42,297 nt of DNA from UHGV virus genome UHGV-1359479; one strand, given 5' to 3'. The position numbers and the translations under genes were made by a program. Each line of letters starts with the position of its first letter. Position 1 is the stretch's first letter. Below are positions 1 through 7,414 of this stretch, piece by piece. Source of the DNA: a virus. The notes under the pieces were generated by a model that saw only the letters and a program-made list of their open reading frames with translations, searched no databases and was not told where the DNA came from.

Positions 1-251
1 GGAATGCGGCGGATGTCCACACGCAGGGAAAAGGCCATATAGGCGCCTTTCTGCGGCGGCCCTGCCTGCCAGGTGGTATCCAGGTAGTCGTCAAAACTGA
101 CCCAGCCGTCGGCCTGGGAATCAGTTGTTTCGTCAATATCGGGAATGGCGCCTTTCCTGAGCAGCTGGGGAATTTCAGCCCAGAGCCCGTCCGGCACGGG
201 ATCAATGACGCGAAAGCGCGTAAAACTGCAGGAGGAGTTGAGAAATCCCAT
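1..251 (-). CDS. rdgC: RdgC-like recombination-associated protein, N-terminal part. The gene wraps around the window boundary and its C-terminal part is 41424..42297.
   Basis: The minus-strand ATG at 251..249 is followed by an open frame to position 1, reading MGFLNSSCSFTRFRVIDP...SLRVDIRRI. This resembles the RdgC N-terminus (FKN..YRL-like). Two nt are left over at the edge. Confidence 0.5.
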   Translation of the reverse strand, partial: MGFLNSSCSFTRFRVIDPVPDGLWAEIPQLLRKGAIPDIDETTDSQADGWVSFDDYLDTTWQAGPPQKGAYMAFSLRVDIRRI

Positions 252-253
252 GG

Positions 254-601
254 CTACTCCTTCCCGGTATTACTCTGGGTGCAGTACTTCGCCGCGAACG
301 TCAGAAGTTTCGCGGCCACGGCAGCGAAAGTGTCAACATCGTCCTTGGACAGGCTGGCATGGTGCTCCTTCAGGAAGTCCATAGCCTTATATATCATGTA
401 GGCCGCGAACTGATTGGAAGTGACGGTCTCCCGTTTCTCCACCAAATCCCACACGGCGCCAACGCAATTATCGAACATAAACCCTGCGCTGACATCCCTG
501 CCTGTCGTGGCGTACTGCTCCTCGTCAGCCATGACACAGAAGAAACGGCCATCCGCGCCGTTCTTGTAGGCCACAACCTTTTGATAGATGTCGTTTATCA
601 T
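254..601 (-). CDS. hypothetical protein, 115 aa, in the leftward early operon
   Basis: ORF in the same orientation as its neighbours, with an ATGA overlap onto the upstream gene. Confidence 0.5.
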   Translation of the reverse strand: MINDIYQKVVAYKNGADGRFFCVMADEEQYATTGRDVSAGFMFDNCVGAVWDLVEKRETVTSNQFAAYMIYKAMDFLKEHHASLSKDDVDTFAAVAAKLLTFAAKYCTQSNTGKE

Positions 602-912
602 CAGTTTTTCTCCCCGTCTGGTTTCGGTTCGCCGCAGAAGGCGAAAGAATTTTTCGCCGCGGCCATGGCGGTCAGCACGATGTCTTCATCTTCATCCGTG
701 AGCCGGTGTTCCTGCTGGACAAAGTAGAGCAGCGTCCAGAGTATCCAGCGCATGGCGTCTTCGGGTGTCTTCCCGTAGGCGCGCGTGAAGCGGTACGCCC
801 TGCCGATGGCCCCCTCGAGCGTGCTCAGGAGAGACGGATCCGATGGAGAGACCACGGTCTCCGTCACCCTGTCTCCGTGTGATAAAAAATCTGCGACTTC
901 ATTAAAGTTCAT
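601..912 (-). CDS. hypothetical protein. The likely start is MNFNEV at 912; the longest ORF runs to 957.
   Basis: A GGAGAAAAAT RBS sits immediately upstream of the ATG at 912 on the minus strand. Confidence 0.5.
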   Translation of the reverse strand: MNFNEVADFLSHGDRVTETVVSPSDPSLLSTLEGAIGRAYRFTRAYGKTPEDAMRWILWTLLYFVQQEHRLTDEDEDIVLTAMAAAKNSFAFCGEPKPDGEKN

Positions 913-930
913 ATTTTTCTCCAACATAGA

Positions 931-951
931 GGCGGGGCTCATCACCCCGCC
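931..951 (-). repeat. 21-bp perfect palindromic hairpin GGCGGGGCTCATCACCCCGCC, copy 1, intercistronic
   Basis: A 7-bp GC stem with a 7-nt loop. It lies 9-10 nt upstream, in the minus-strand sense, of a GGAGAAAAA-ATG RBS and start. An identical copy is at 3218-3238. Confidence 0.6.
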
Positions 952-963
952 TGTCATTCATTC

Positions 964-1971
964 TTAGTCCCACTGCGGACAGCCCTGCCTGTGGGGGCAG
1001 TTCGGGCAGTCGGCTACGTCGTCGACCATCTTGCCGGTGTCGGGGCACTTGATCTTTTCCCCCTGCACCTTGGGGGCCGGCTCTGCCTTCTGGGTGGGCT
1101 GTTCCTCTGCCTTCTCCGCGGGCTTCTCTTCAGCCGGTTCGGCCGTAGCCGGCTCTTCCTTTTCCGCGGTGGTGACTTCCGCGGGATGGGGCTGGGGCTC
1201 GTGCTCCAGCATGGCGTTGATCGCGGCCACCGTCGCGGCGGGGGCGGGCTTCTCATGCTCGACCACGGCTTCAGCGGGCGCGGTGGCTTCTTCCGCGGCG
1301 AAGGCATCGGCGACCTTCGTGACCGGGAGCCATGCGGAGAGGCGCTTTATGGCCGTCTTTATGGCCATAGCCGCGTAATGGTCACGCCACGCGGGGGAGT
1401 TGCCCCGATTGAGGGCCCGTGCCTGGTCAATCTCCATCTTGTTAACCAGGCGGACGATCGGCTCACCGGTCTTGAGCACAACGGCGGCGTAGGCGGCTAT
1501 GACGTCCTCGGGCTTACCCGTGCGGGCCTCGGGATTGAGCAGGTCTATCTTATGGCTGATACGGGGGCTGATACCGCTCTCGTACTCGAAGAGCCCCTGT
1601 TCGACCTCCTGCCTGTAGACGACATCCGCGTTGAAGGAGGCGATAGCCCCGCTCCTGTACATGAGCTGCATAAGGCCCTTGTAGCCGACCTGAAACTGGC
1701 ACTCCCTGTTGTAGGGGATGAGGTAGGCGAGGCCTTGCGGTGTGTTCGGCTCGAGATTGAGCTGCGCGCAGGTCATCATGGCCCCGAGGATAGAGGCCGG
1801 TTCGCACTGTGCGAGCTTCGGGGTCTGTCTCATGGCCGTGAGGCAGATGCGGGTGAAGCGCTCGGCCCTCTCCTGCCTCTGGGCGGGGGTGCTGCCACCG
1901 ATGGCGAGAGCGAACTGGGGCTTGGATCTCATGATGAGATCCGGAAGACTGTTATTGTTCATCGTATTCAT
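964..1971 (-). CDS. recT: RecT-family single-strand annealing recombinase. The likely start is MNTMNNN at 1971; the longest ORF runs to 2109.
   Basis: Shows RecT-like conserved blocks such as QFALAIGGSTP and GYKGLMQL. A GGAGGA RBS precedes the ATG at 1971. It has a proline/glutamate-rich acidic C-terminal tail. Confidence 0.8.
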   Translation of the reverse strand: MNTMNNNSLPDLIMRSKPQFALAIGGSTPAQRQERAERFTRICLTAMRQTPKLAQCEPASILGAMMTCAQLNLEPNTPQGLAYLIPYNRECQFQVGYKGLMQLMYRSGAIASFNADVVYRQEVEQGLFEYESGISPRISHKIDLLNPEARTGKPEDVIAAYAAVVLKTGEPIVRLVNKMEIDQARALNRGNSPAWRDHYAAMAIKTAIKRLSAWLPVTKVADAFAAEEATAPAEAVVEHEKPAPAATVAAINAMLEHEPQPHPAEVTTAEKEEPATAEPAEEKPAEKAEEQPTQKAEPAPKVQGEKIKCPDTGKMVDDVADCPNCPHRQGCPQWD

Positions 1972-1988
1972 ACGTTTTCCTCCGATTG

Positions 1989-2810
1989 CTATTTTGCGGC
2001 CTGATAGTAGGCCCACTCGGGCAGATCCACTTCGTATATGCCGGTCGTGTAGGCCGGCCACTCGTCGTCCTCCTGACAGTGTATCAGGGTGCGGCATGCT
2101 CTCATGCACTGGTCATCACCGAGGGCCAGCGCGTCGGCCGTAAAGGACAACGGCGTCACGAGGTAGGGCGCCTGCTTGGATACGAAGAAGAAGATAAAGG
2201 GCGCCTCTATCCCGCAGGCCCTTAGTCCCCGGGTGTACCATGCGGCCTGCCGGTGATACCCGAAGCTGTACGCCTTGCGCGCCAGCTCGGAGGGCTTCAC
2301 CGTGTCGGCTGTGGTCTTGAGGTCGATGGCGACCCATGAGTCGTCCGACAGCTGCGCAAGGCGGTCGACACGCGCCTTGCATGGAAGGGTCTTGTCCTCG
2401 ACGGTCTCTTCCCAGTAGATGGACACTTCGCTCTTCCCTGCAAGGGCGAGGAGCTTCGCCGTGGCCGGGCACGTCGTGAGCAGGGAGCCCGCCATAGACT
2501 GTGCCTGGCTCCAGTCTTCTCCGGAGAAGGCCGTGATGCCTTTCTCGGCAAGGGCCTTGCGCTCTTCCTTGCCCGCCTTGGTAGTGCCGGGGTACTGGCA
2601 GACTGCGTACCGCTCGGCCACCTTGTCAGGTTCCAGCACCATGGCATGCACGAGGGATCCGAGAAGGAAGGCCTTGCTCGGCGTCTCCTCCATGGTCTGA
2701 TGTGCCTTGTACAGCGCGGGACATTCCAGAAGGTAGCCGATGGAGCTGTTGTTCAGCGCCTTTTCCGCAAAGTAGTCGGCGGCCGGCTGGTCGTAGATGA
2801 TCTTGGCCAT
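1989..2810 (-). CDS. PD-(D/E)XK-family exonuclease, the partner of RecT. The likely start is MAKIIYD at 2810; the longest ORF runs to 2867.
   Basis: Lies adjacent upstream of recT on the same strand. It carries an IDLKTT (D/E)xK-type nuclease motif. Confidence 0.6.
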   Translation of the reverse strand: MAKIIYDQPAADYFAEKALNNSSIGYLLECPALYKAHQTMEETPSKAFLLGSLVHAMVLEPDKVAERYAVCQYPGTTKAGKEERKALAEKGITAFSGEDWSQAQSMAGSLLTTCPATAKLLALAGKSEVSIYWEETVEDKTLPCKARVDRLAQLSDDSWVAIDLKTTADTVKPSELARKAYSFGYHRQAAWYTRGLRACGIEAPFIFFFVSKQAPYLVTPLSFTADALALGDDQCMRACRTLIHCQEDDEWPAYTTGIYEVDLPEWAYYQAAK

Positions 2811-2820
2811 ACCCTTCCCC

Positions 2821-3201
2821 CTACACTCTGGAGAAGTCAACGCACCCGATGACATGACCATCGGCATCGCGCACCGCGGTGCCGGGGAAGATGAGATCTT
2901 CCCTCTCTGGACATACCTGAGCGAGCATTTGGGACACTATGTAGTACGTGTCCTTTTTCGGCTCCGGCAGGCCAGCGATCTCACGAGGTACCCACCGGTG
3001 GATAAAAATCCCGTCCACCATGCCGGGGGTTCTCTGTACGAAGGTCACGCGGGCCGGTTCCTTGGCGGCCGGGTACGTGATGAATGACTGAGGATACTCC
3101 CCCGTGTCCTCCTCCTCGCGGAGGTAGAGCTGACCCTCCTTCAGGTAGCAGTCCTGAGGGTTGTATATGTCTACGTCATGGGGCGTAAGATTTACGACCA
3201 T
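2821..3201 (-). CDS. hypothetical protein, 126 aa
   Basis: ORF with a strong AAGGAGAAAAAAATG RBS and start. Confidence 0.55.
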   Translation of the reverse strand: MVVNLTPHDVDIYNPQDCYLKEGQLYLREEEDTGEYPQSFITYPAAKEPARVTFVQRTPGMVDGIFIHRWVPREIAGLPEPKKDTYYIVSQMLAQVCPEREDLIFPGTAVRDADGHVIGCVDFSRV

Positions 3202-3217
3202 TTTTTTCTCCTTGATT

Positions 3218-3238
3218 GGCGGGGCTCATCACCCCGCC
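3218..3238 (-). repeat. 21-bp palindromic hairpin GGCGGGGCTCATCACCCCGCC, copy 2
   Basis: Identical to the copy at 931-951. It sits in the same position relative to the downstream RBS and start. Confidence 0.6.
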
Positions 3239-3282
3239 TTTGTCCTGTGCGGGAGGAACCGCATGACTTCCCGCCCCGTGCC

Positions 3283-3510
3283 CTAGAAGGACGGAAATCG
3301 AGCTACATTGCAGACAGAGGCGCTTATGGGCTTGCGGCTTATATTTCGGAGCTTAACCCAGTAGGGATTTTCATTTCGGTCAAAGGAAACGCCCCACGAA
3401 TCAAAGAGATTTTTGTGCCGGTGAAGGAATTTTTTAAGTTCACGGCGTGTGAATTTTAGGCATTGAAAATCTTCATAATCCGGGAGCTTATATATTCTTC
3501 TTGTTTCCAT
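3283..3510 (-). CDS. hypothetical protein, 75 aa, AT-rich
   Basis: ORF of lower GC than its surroundings. Confidence 0.4.
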   Translation of the reverse strand: METRRIYKLPDYEDFQCLKFTRRELKKFLHRHKNLFDSWGVSFDRNENPYWVKLRNISRKPISASVCNVARFPSF

Positions 3511-3757
3511 CGTTCCTCTCCTTGAAAGGGCGGCGGCCCGCCTTGGAGGTTAAAGACAGGTTTTGAGCCGCCGCCATGACGCCACACCGGCTACGCATTG
3601 CGCTATCCACTTTTGCCGGTGTTTCCGGTACGTCCGGAAATTTTTAGTGCGGGGGGCCGGGCAATCTCTTCTCTCGTGACGGCTCCGGCCCCCGCGTTCC
3701 CTTTCGCGGCTTTCTCCGACCGCGTCCCGCTTCGGCCACTCCGGAACGGGAAAGTCC

Positions 3758-3991
3758 TTAAAAATCTGTGCCGACAGTGAACATCATCCCCGACACTACG
3801 AGGATGGTGCCCACCCAAGCGGCGGCGGCGATCGTAGTGGTGATGTACTCGATGATCCGCTCGCGGCGCGTGCGGCGCGCCTGCATAGCCATCTGCCAGG
3901 CAAAGGCTCTGCGGCCTTCGCGCACCGTCCGGCTCTCAATGGAAGAGAGAAGGGCTGAGGCGTCCTGAAAACGGTCATATGCGGTGTACAT
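3758..3991 (-). CDS. small protein with a C-terminal hydrophobic segment, 77 aa
   Basis: ORF with a C-terminal TM-like stretch, TTTIAAAAWVGTILVVSGMMF. Confidence 0.4.
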   Translation of the reverse strand: MYTAYDRFQDASALLSSIESRTVREGRRAFAWQMAMQARRTRRERIIEYITTTIAAAAWVGTILVVSGMMFTVGTDF

Positions 3992-4007
3992 TTTTGTGTT
4001 CCTCGAC

Positions 4008-4295
4008 TTAGCCGACCGTGATTATGTTATTGGCTGAAAAACGGTATTCGGCAGCATGGGCCTTGTCGGTCACCACAGCATCGATGCCGTCGAAGATCGC
4101 CTGGGATACGGCATGAGAGATGGCGGCTGCACTTATTGGGATGACACTCTTCTCCGCGTCCCACATGATGTAGTCCCTGATTCTGGCGATGAAGTTGTTG
4201 AGCACCGTCTCGTCGACGATCTCATCGTTTGGGTGCTCCTTCCTGAAGGCCTTGGCGGCATCGTCGGGGAGAGCGTAGGAAAGCATATAACGCAT
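4008..4295 (-). CDS. hypothetical protein, 95 aa, the first gene downstream of the putative PL
   Basis: ORF with an AAGAGG RBS. Confidence 0.5.
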   Translation of the reverse strand: MRYMLSYALPDDAAKAFRKEHPNDEIVDETVLNNFIARIRDYIMWDAEKSVIPISAAAISHAVSQAIFDGIDAVVTDKAHAAEYRFSANNIITVG

Positions 4296-4299
4296 GGGC

Positions 4300-4388
4300 G
4301 ATTTACCTCTTATATGTTCGTTGATTTCTTTTTATTAAAATTTAAATAAATAAGCAAGGAAAAGTTGAAGTTTTGGTAATTCGGGCAC
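4300..4388 (-). promoter_or_regulatory. putative leftward early promoter and operator region (PL/OL analogue)
   Basis: AT-rich intergenic DNA. It contains the 10-mer CCTTGCTTAT (minus sense, 4359..4350), which is also present at 5716-5725 in the cI/cro intergenic region. Confidence 0.35.
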
Positions 4389-4415
4389 AAAAAAAGGCCG
4401 ACGCTAGGCCGGCCC
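4389..4415 (-). terminator. rho-independent terminator ending the cI-moron transcript
   Basis: The GC hairpin GGGCCGGCC..GGCC is followed by a U7 run on the minus strand. It lies directly after the stop of the 4441..5067 gene. Confidence 0.5.
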
Positions 4416-4440
4416 AAAGTTTTGACGAAAAGCCTAAGGC

Positions 4441-5067
4441 TTATTTTGGACGCCCATCATAAAAATCCTGCAGGGCTCCGTCCCATACGCTCGTCGCTGA
4501 TCCCTGCGTCGTTAAGCACATCATCTCCATCTGGCCAAGCATACGATTTGCGGTTTCTCTTATCGCAGGGGGAAAGACTTCATCGTTCTCGCAAAAATAA
4601 TCAGGATGGTTCTCAACGAGGTATTCAATGCGAAAACTTTCTAGTTGATCATCTGCACGAGAATCATCATGGAATATTGTCGAATCATTAATAAGGCTAT
4701 TGTGGAGTTTTTCTTCTTTATTTCTTAAATAGTTTCTTCCAAAAATGATATATTCAAAATAGCTTTTTGCGTCATTTACAAAGTAAGAATCGATATACGG
4801 CATTTTGTATTTATTTAATGTATTTATTATTTTCTTTTTATAAATTTTCCACCAATAAAAATGACGCAGTAATTCTACAATAATTGCATTAGTTATTACA
4901 TATGAAAACACTATTTCTATAGAAAACAGAAGTATATGATATGCATCATCTGTGTGCGGCAAAATTCTAAAGTAGCTAAAGCAAAAAGAGACCAATAATA
5001 TACTAAATACTGGACCTAATAATATGCTGGCCAATAATCTTAGTGACGAAAACTTAGGCATAAACAC
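4441..5067 (-). CDS. AT-rich membrane protein, 208 aa, with two N-terminal TM helices and a roughly 140-aa soluble domain. It sits in the rexAB position downstream of cI and is a candidate superinfection-exclusion or abortive-infection protein.
   Basis: Markedly lower GC than the genome. It is co-oriented with the CI repressor and immediately downstream of it, and it has its own terminator. It shows no recognisable catalytic motif. Confidence 0.6.
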   Translation of the reverse strand: MFMPKFSSLRLLASILLGPVFSILLVSFCFSYFRILPHTDDAYHILLFSIEIVFSYVITNAIIVELLRHFYWWKIYKKKIINTLNKYKMPYIDSYFVNDAKSYFEYIIFGRNYLRNKEEKLHNSLINDSTIFHDDSRADDQLESFRIEYLVENHPDYFCENDEVFPPAIRETANRMLGQMEMMCLTTQGSATSVWDGALQDFYDGRPK

Positions 5068-5082
5068 ATCCTTTGCGTAAGC

Positions 5083-5715
5083 TCACACCGTCTGCAACAC
5101 CCACACGACCTGCCCGAGAACTGTTTTCTCCTGCTCGGCTGGATTGACCCGGACGGGCTTGTATTTCGGATTATCCGAGCACAGCAGAAGGTCCCCGTCT
5201 TCAGACAGTTTCAGTCGCTTCACGACCCGGCCAAAATACGGAATGGACACCAAATAAATTCCACCCTCTGTGACATCCTCGGAGAGCGGTGCAATGCCAA
5301 CGATCGCCCCGTCCTTAATCGTCGGCTCCATCGAATTCCCCCGGACAGTCAAAGCCACCATATCATTTCTGTAAAACTGGGGAAGAATTCGGATGACGGT
5401 GTCAGCTGTACCGTACAGCTCCTGCGGAGCCCCTGCTCCAGTCTCACCCATAAGGGGAACGGCCGGCAGGGTGTCCTTTGCGCTGGAGATGTTCTTTTCT
5501 CCTCCAGGCCCATAAAAATTTTCAACGCCGAGAGCGTCGGCAATAGCACCAACATTGTCCAGGGACGGCGATTTGGTTGTTCCGTTGATTATCTGGCTGA
5601 GTGAGCTCTGACGGATGCCGGCCTGCTCGGCGAAAGCTGACTGCCACCCACGTTCCTGACTCCGCTGCTTTAGAAGTTGGAAAAATCGGTCTTTGAATTT
5701 CATTTTGGCCTCCAT
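5083..5715 (-). CDS. CI-like repressor with an N-terminal XRE HTH and a C-terminal LexA/S24 autopeptidase. The start may instead be MKFKD at 5703.
   Basis: The HTH segment is QIINGTTKSPSLDNVGAIADALG. The S24 motif is GNSMEPTI, with Lys in VKRLK. Confidence 0.8.
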   Translation of the reverse strand: MEAKMKFKDRFFQLLKQRSQERGWQSAFAEQAGIRQSSLSQIINGTTKSPSLDNVGAIADALGVENFYGPGGEKNISSAKDTLPAVPLMGETGAGAPQELYGTADTVIRILPQFYRNDMVALTVRGNSMEPTIKDGAIVGIAPLSEDVTEGGIYLVSIPYFGRVVKRLKLSEDGDLLLCSDNPKYKPVRVNPAEQEKTVLGQVVWVLQTV

Positions 5716-5802
5716 CCTTGCTTATACATATTTAGATAATCGGCGCAAATTTAATTCAAATATACCTTGCATAAATATAGGAATTTTTATATTTAAAAAT
5801 CC
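5716..5802. promoter_or_regulatory. divergent cI/cro control region, the OR/PR/PRM analogue
   Basis: An AT-rich 87-bp intergenic region lies between the divergent repressor genes. It contains CCTTGCTTAT at 5716-5725 and the inverted repeat AAATATA-N8-TATATTT. Confidence 0.5.
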
Positions 5803-6030
5803 ATGGATGAAAAAACGCTAAGAGAAGCTCTTCGGGTGATGCTCGACAGTGGAGCCACTCAGCAGGAAATCGCCGACAAGGCCGGGCTATCCCAGAACTG
5901 CATCAGCCGGTTCCTGCACGGCACTAACGACATCTCGCTCTCGAGGGGTTTGAGATTAATGAAAGTTGTCTTGGAAGAACAAACGAAAAGTGTGGAGCCT
6001 CCGCCCAAGGAGGACTGCGATGCCCAGTGA
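5803..6030 (+). CDS. Cro-like HTH regulator, 75 aa
   Basis: The HTH segment is QQEIADKAGLSQNCISRFLHG. It is divergent from the CI-like repressor. Confidence 0.7.
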   Translation: MDEKTLREALRVMLDSGATQQEIADKAGLSQNCISRFLHGTNDISLSRGLRLMKVVLEEQTKSVEPPPKEDCDAQ

Positions 6031-6143
6031 CTACTACGGCGAAGCGGAAGAGGCAGGAGAAGCGGTCCCATTTCCGTTTTTTCAAGAAACACACTGAGAA
6101 GAAGAGACCGGAGCGCAGAAGGCTCCGGGAGGAGTGAGAGGCG

Positions 6144-6350
6144 ATGACCGATGACTACGAGATAGTCGACGTCTGGGAGTGTCTTGCGCCGCTCTCCATC
6201 TACGAGCGGGGCCTTGTCGTCACGGCAATAGCTGCGGTGGTGAACGGGAAGACGATGCCCCGTCTCACTGACGGAGCTGCGGAGGCCCTCGGGAAGATGT
6301 TCCCAGATGAGGATTTCTCGCAATATGTGGATAGAGGGAGGTTGCAATGA
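6144..6350 (+). CDS. hypothetical protein, 68 aa, in the cII position
   Basis: ORF with an ATGA overlap onto the following replication gene. Confidence 0.4.
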   Translation: MTDDYEIVDVWECLAPLSIYERGLVVTAIAAVVNGKTMPRLTDGAAEALGKMFPDEDFSQYVDRGRLQ

Positions 6351-7414
6351 AGCAGTGGTTCAAGCTGACGGATTCAGCCGTCATGAGTCTCAAGTGGCAG
6401 CGCATCGCCCGGAAGCTGGGTGTGTCTCCGGCCGTCGTGAGCTTCGTCTATGTGGCGGCCATGTCGAACGCATCCCAGTGCAATGACAGGGGGAGCCTGC
6501 AGGACTTCGACCCGGAAGACGTAGACTTCTACGGAAACTTCGAGGACGGGACCACATCCCGAGTCATAGATGCGCTTACAGCTGCCGGATTCATCGAGGA
6601 TGGCCGGATTGCTGGCTGGGAGGAGAGCCAGAGCCGCCCTTCTCAGGAAGAGGCGGACAGGATTCGCCTCCAGGCAGCGGAGCGCAAACGCCGTCAGAGG
6701 GCGAAGGAGCAGCCGGCTGAACAGCCCAGAGATGGTGACGCCGATGTCTGTGATGATGAGCCATGTCACGCTGTGTCCCACGATGTCACGCCATGTCACA
6801 CAACGTCACACCATGTCACGCCATGTCACGCTGTGTCCCACGATGTCACGCATACAGATCAGATCAGATCAGATCAGAACAGAACAGAAGATCTAAAACA
6901 CACCCCCCTTACCCCCCAGGGGGAGCAGGGTGTGGGTGAGGGAACTGCCGAGGATTGCTCTGACGTTCCCATGGCCGAGAGACGCCCCGTGAATACCGGT
7001 CTTCCCTCGAGGGGAGCTAATGCTTCGTGGTGGAGGGAGTTCGCCTCACTCTGGGATATCTGGCCTAACAAGCAGGGCAAGGATGCGGCATGGGCCGTGT
7101 ATCACGATCTGCGGCGCCGAAAAATCGACATGCCTCCCTTGTACGTCTTGCGTGACAAAGCATCGGCGATGATAGCCCAGGACCGGAAGTTTCTCGCAGG
7201 TTACGTTCCGGAGCTCAAGACATGGCTCAGGGAGCACCGATGGCACGATGAACCATGCCCTCCGAGGGACGTAGCCGTTCCCGGCAGAGGCAGAACCTCC
7301 AGAGAGCAGCAGATGGCCACAGATGTGGAGAGAGCGGCCGAGGCTGCCCGGCGGTTCGAGGATTTTTTTGAGATGGCCACTGATGAACCGGCGGCTGAAG
7401 GAGTGTTTGCATGA
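6347..7414 (+). CDS. replication initiator / replisome organiser A (lambda O-like), with internal iterons
   Basis: Its N-terminal domain is homologous to the paralogue at 9269..10321. Tandem DNA repeats inside the ORF encode a PCHAVSHDVT repeat. Confidence 0.65.
   Translation: MKQWFKLTDSAVMSLKWQRIARKLGVSPAVVSFVYVAAMSNASQCNDRGSLQDFDPEDVDFYGNFEDGTTSRVIDALTAAGFIEDGRIAGWEESQSRPSQEEADRIRLQAAERKRRQRAKEQPAEQPRDGDADVCDDEPCHAVSHDVTPCHTTSHHVTPCHAVSHDVTHTDQIRSDQNRTEDLKHTPLTPQGEQGVGEGTAEDCSDVPMAERRPVNTGLPSRGANASWWREFASLWDIWPNKQGKDAAWAVYHDLRRRKIDMPPLYVLRDKASAMIAQDRKFLAGYVPELKTWLREHRWHDEPCPPRDVAVPGRGRTSREQQMATDVERAAEAARRFEDFFEMATDEPAAEGVFA
6762..6850. repeat. iteron array A, about seven copies of (C/G)ATGTCACGC-like 10-11-mers
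   Basis: Direct repeats seen in the sequence, inside the initiator gene. Confidence 0.7.
6857..6893. repeat. cluster of five GATC sites within AGATC x4 and AGAAC x2 pentamer repeats, adjacent to the iterons
   Basis: The sequence reads CAGATCAGATCAGATCAGATCAGAACAGAACAGAAGATCT. Confidence 0.7.
6898..6942. repeat. conserved C6-TTA-C6-A-G5 element downstream of iteron array A
   Basis: The sequence ACACCCCCCTTACCCCCCAGGGGGAGCAGGGTGTGGGTGAGG is nearly identical at 9806-9848, although the flanking sequence has diverged. Confidence 0.55.

Noticed and set aside
145-384. A 79-aa plus-strand ORF at the left end.
   Set aside because: It overlaps the in-frame RdgC N-terminal region and the 254..601 gene on the minus strand, and it has a shadow-ORF composition.
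3511-3757. Possible tRNA in the ORF-free gap.
   Set aside because: No T-loop or anticodon-arm signatures are visible by eye (no GTTCGAATC-like box). I could not run a tRNA scanner.
5859-6347. A 162-aa minus-strand ORF spanning cro and the downstream spacer.
   Set aside because: It is antisense to the well-supported cro gene, and the product is low-complexity.
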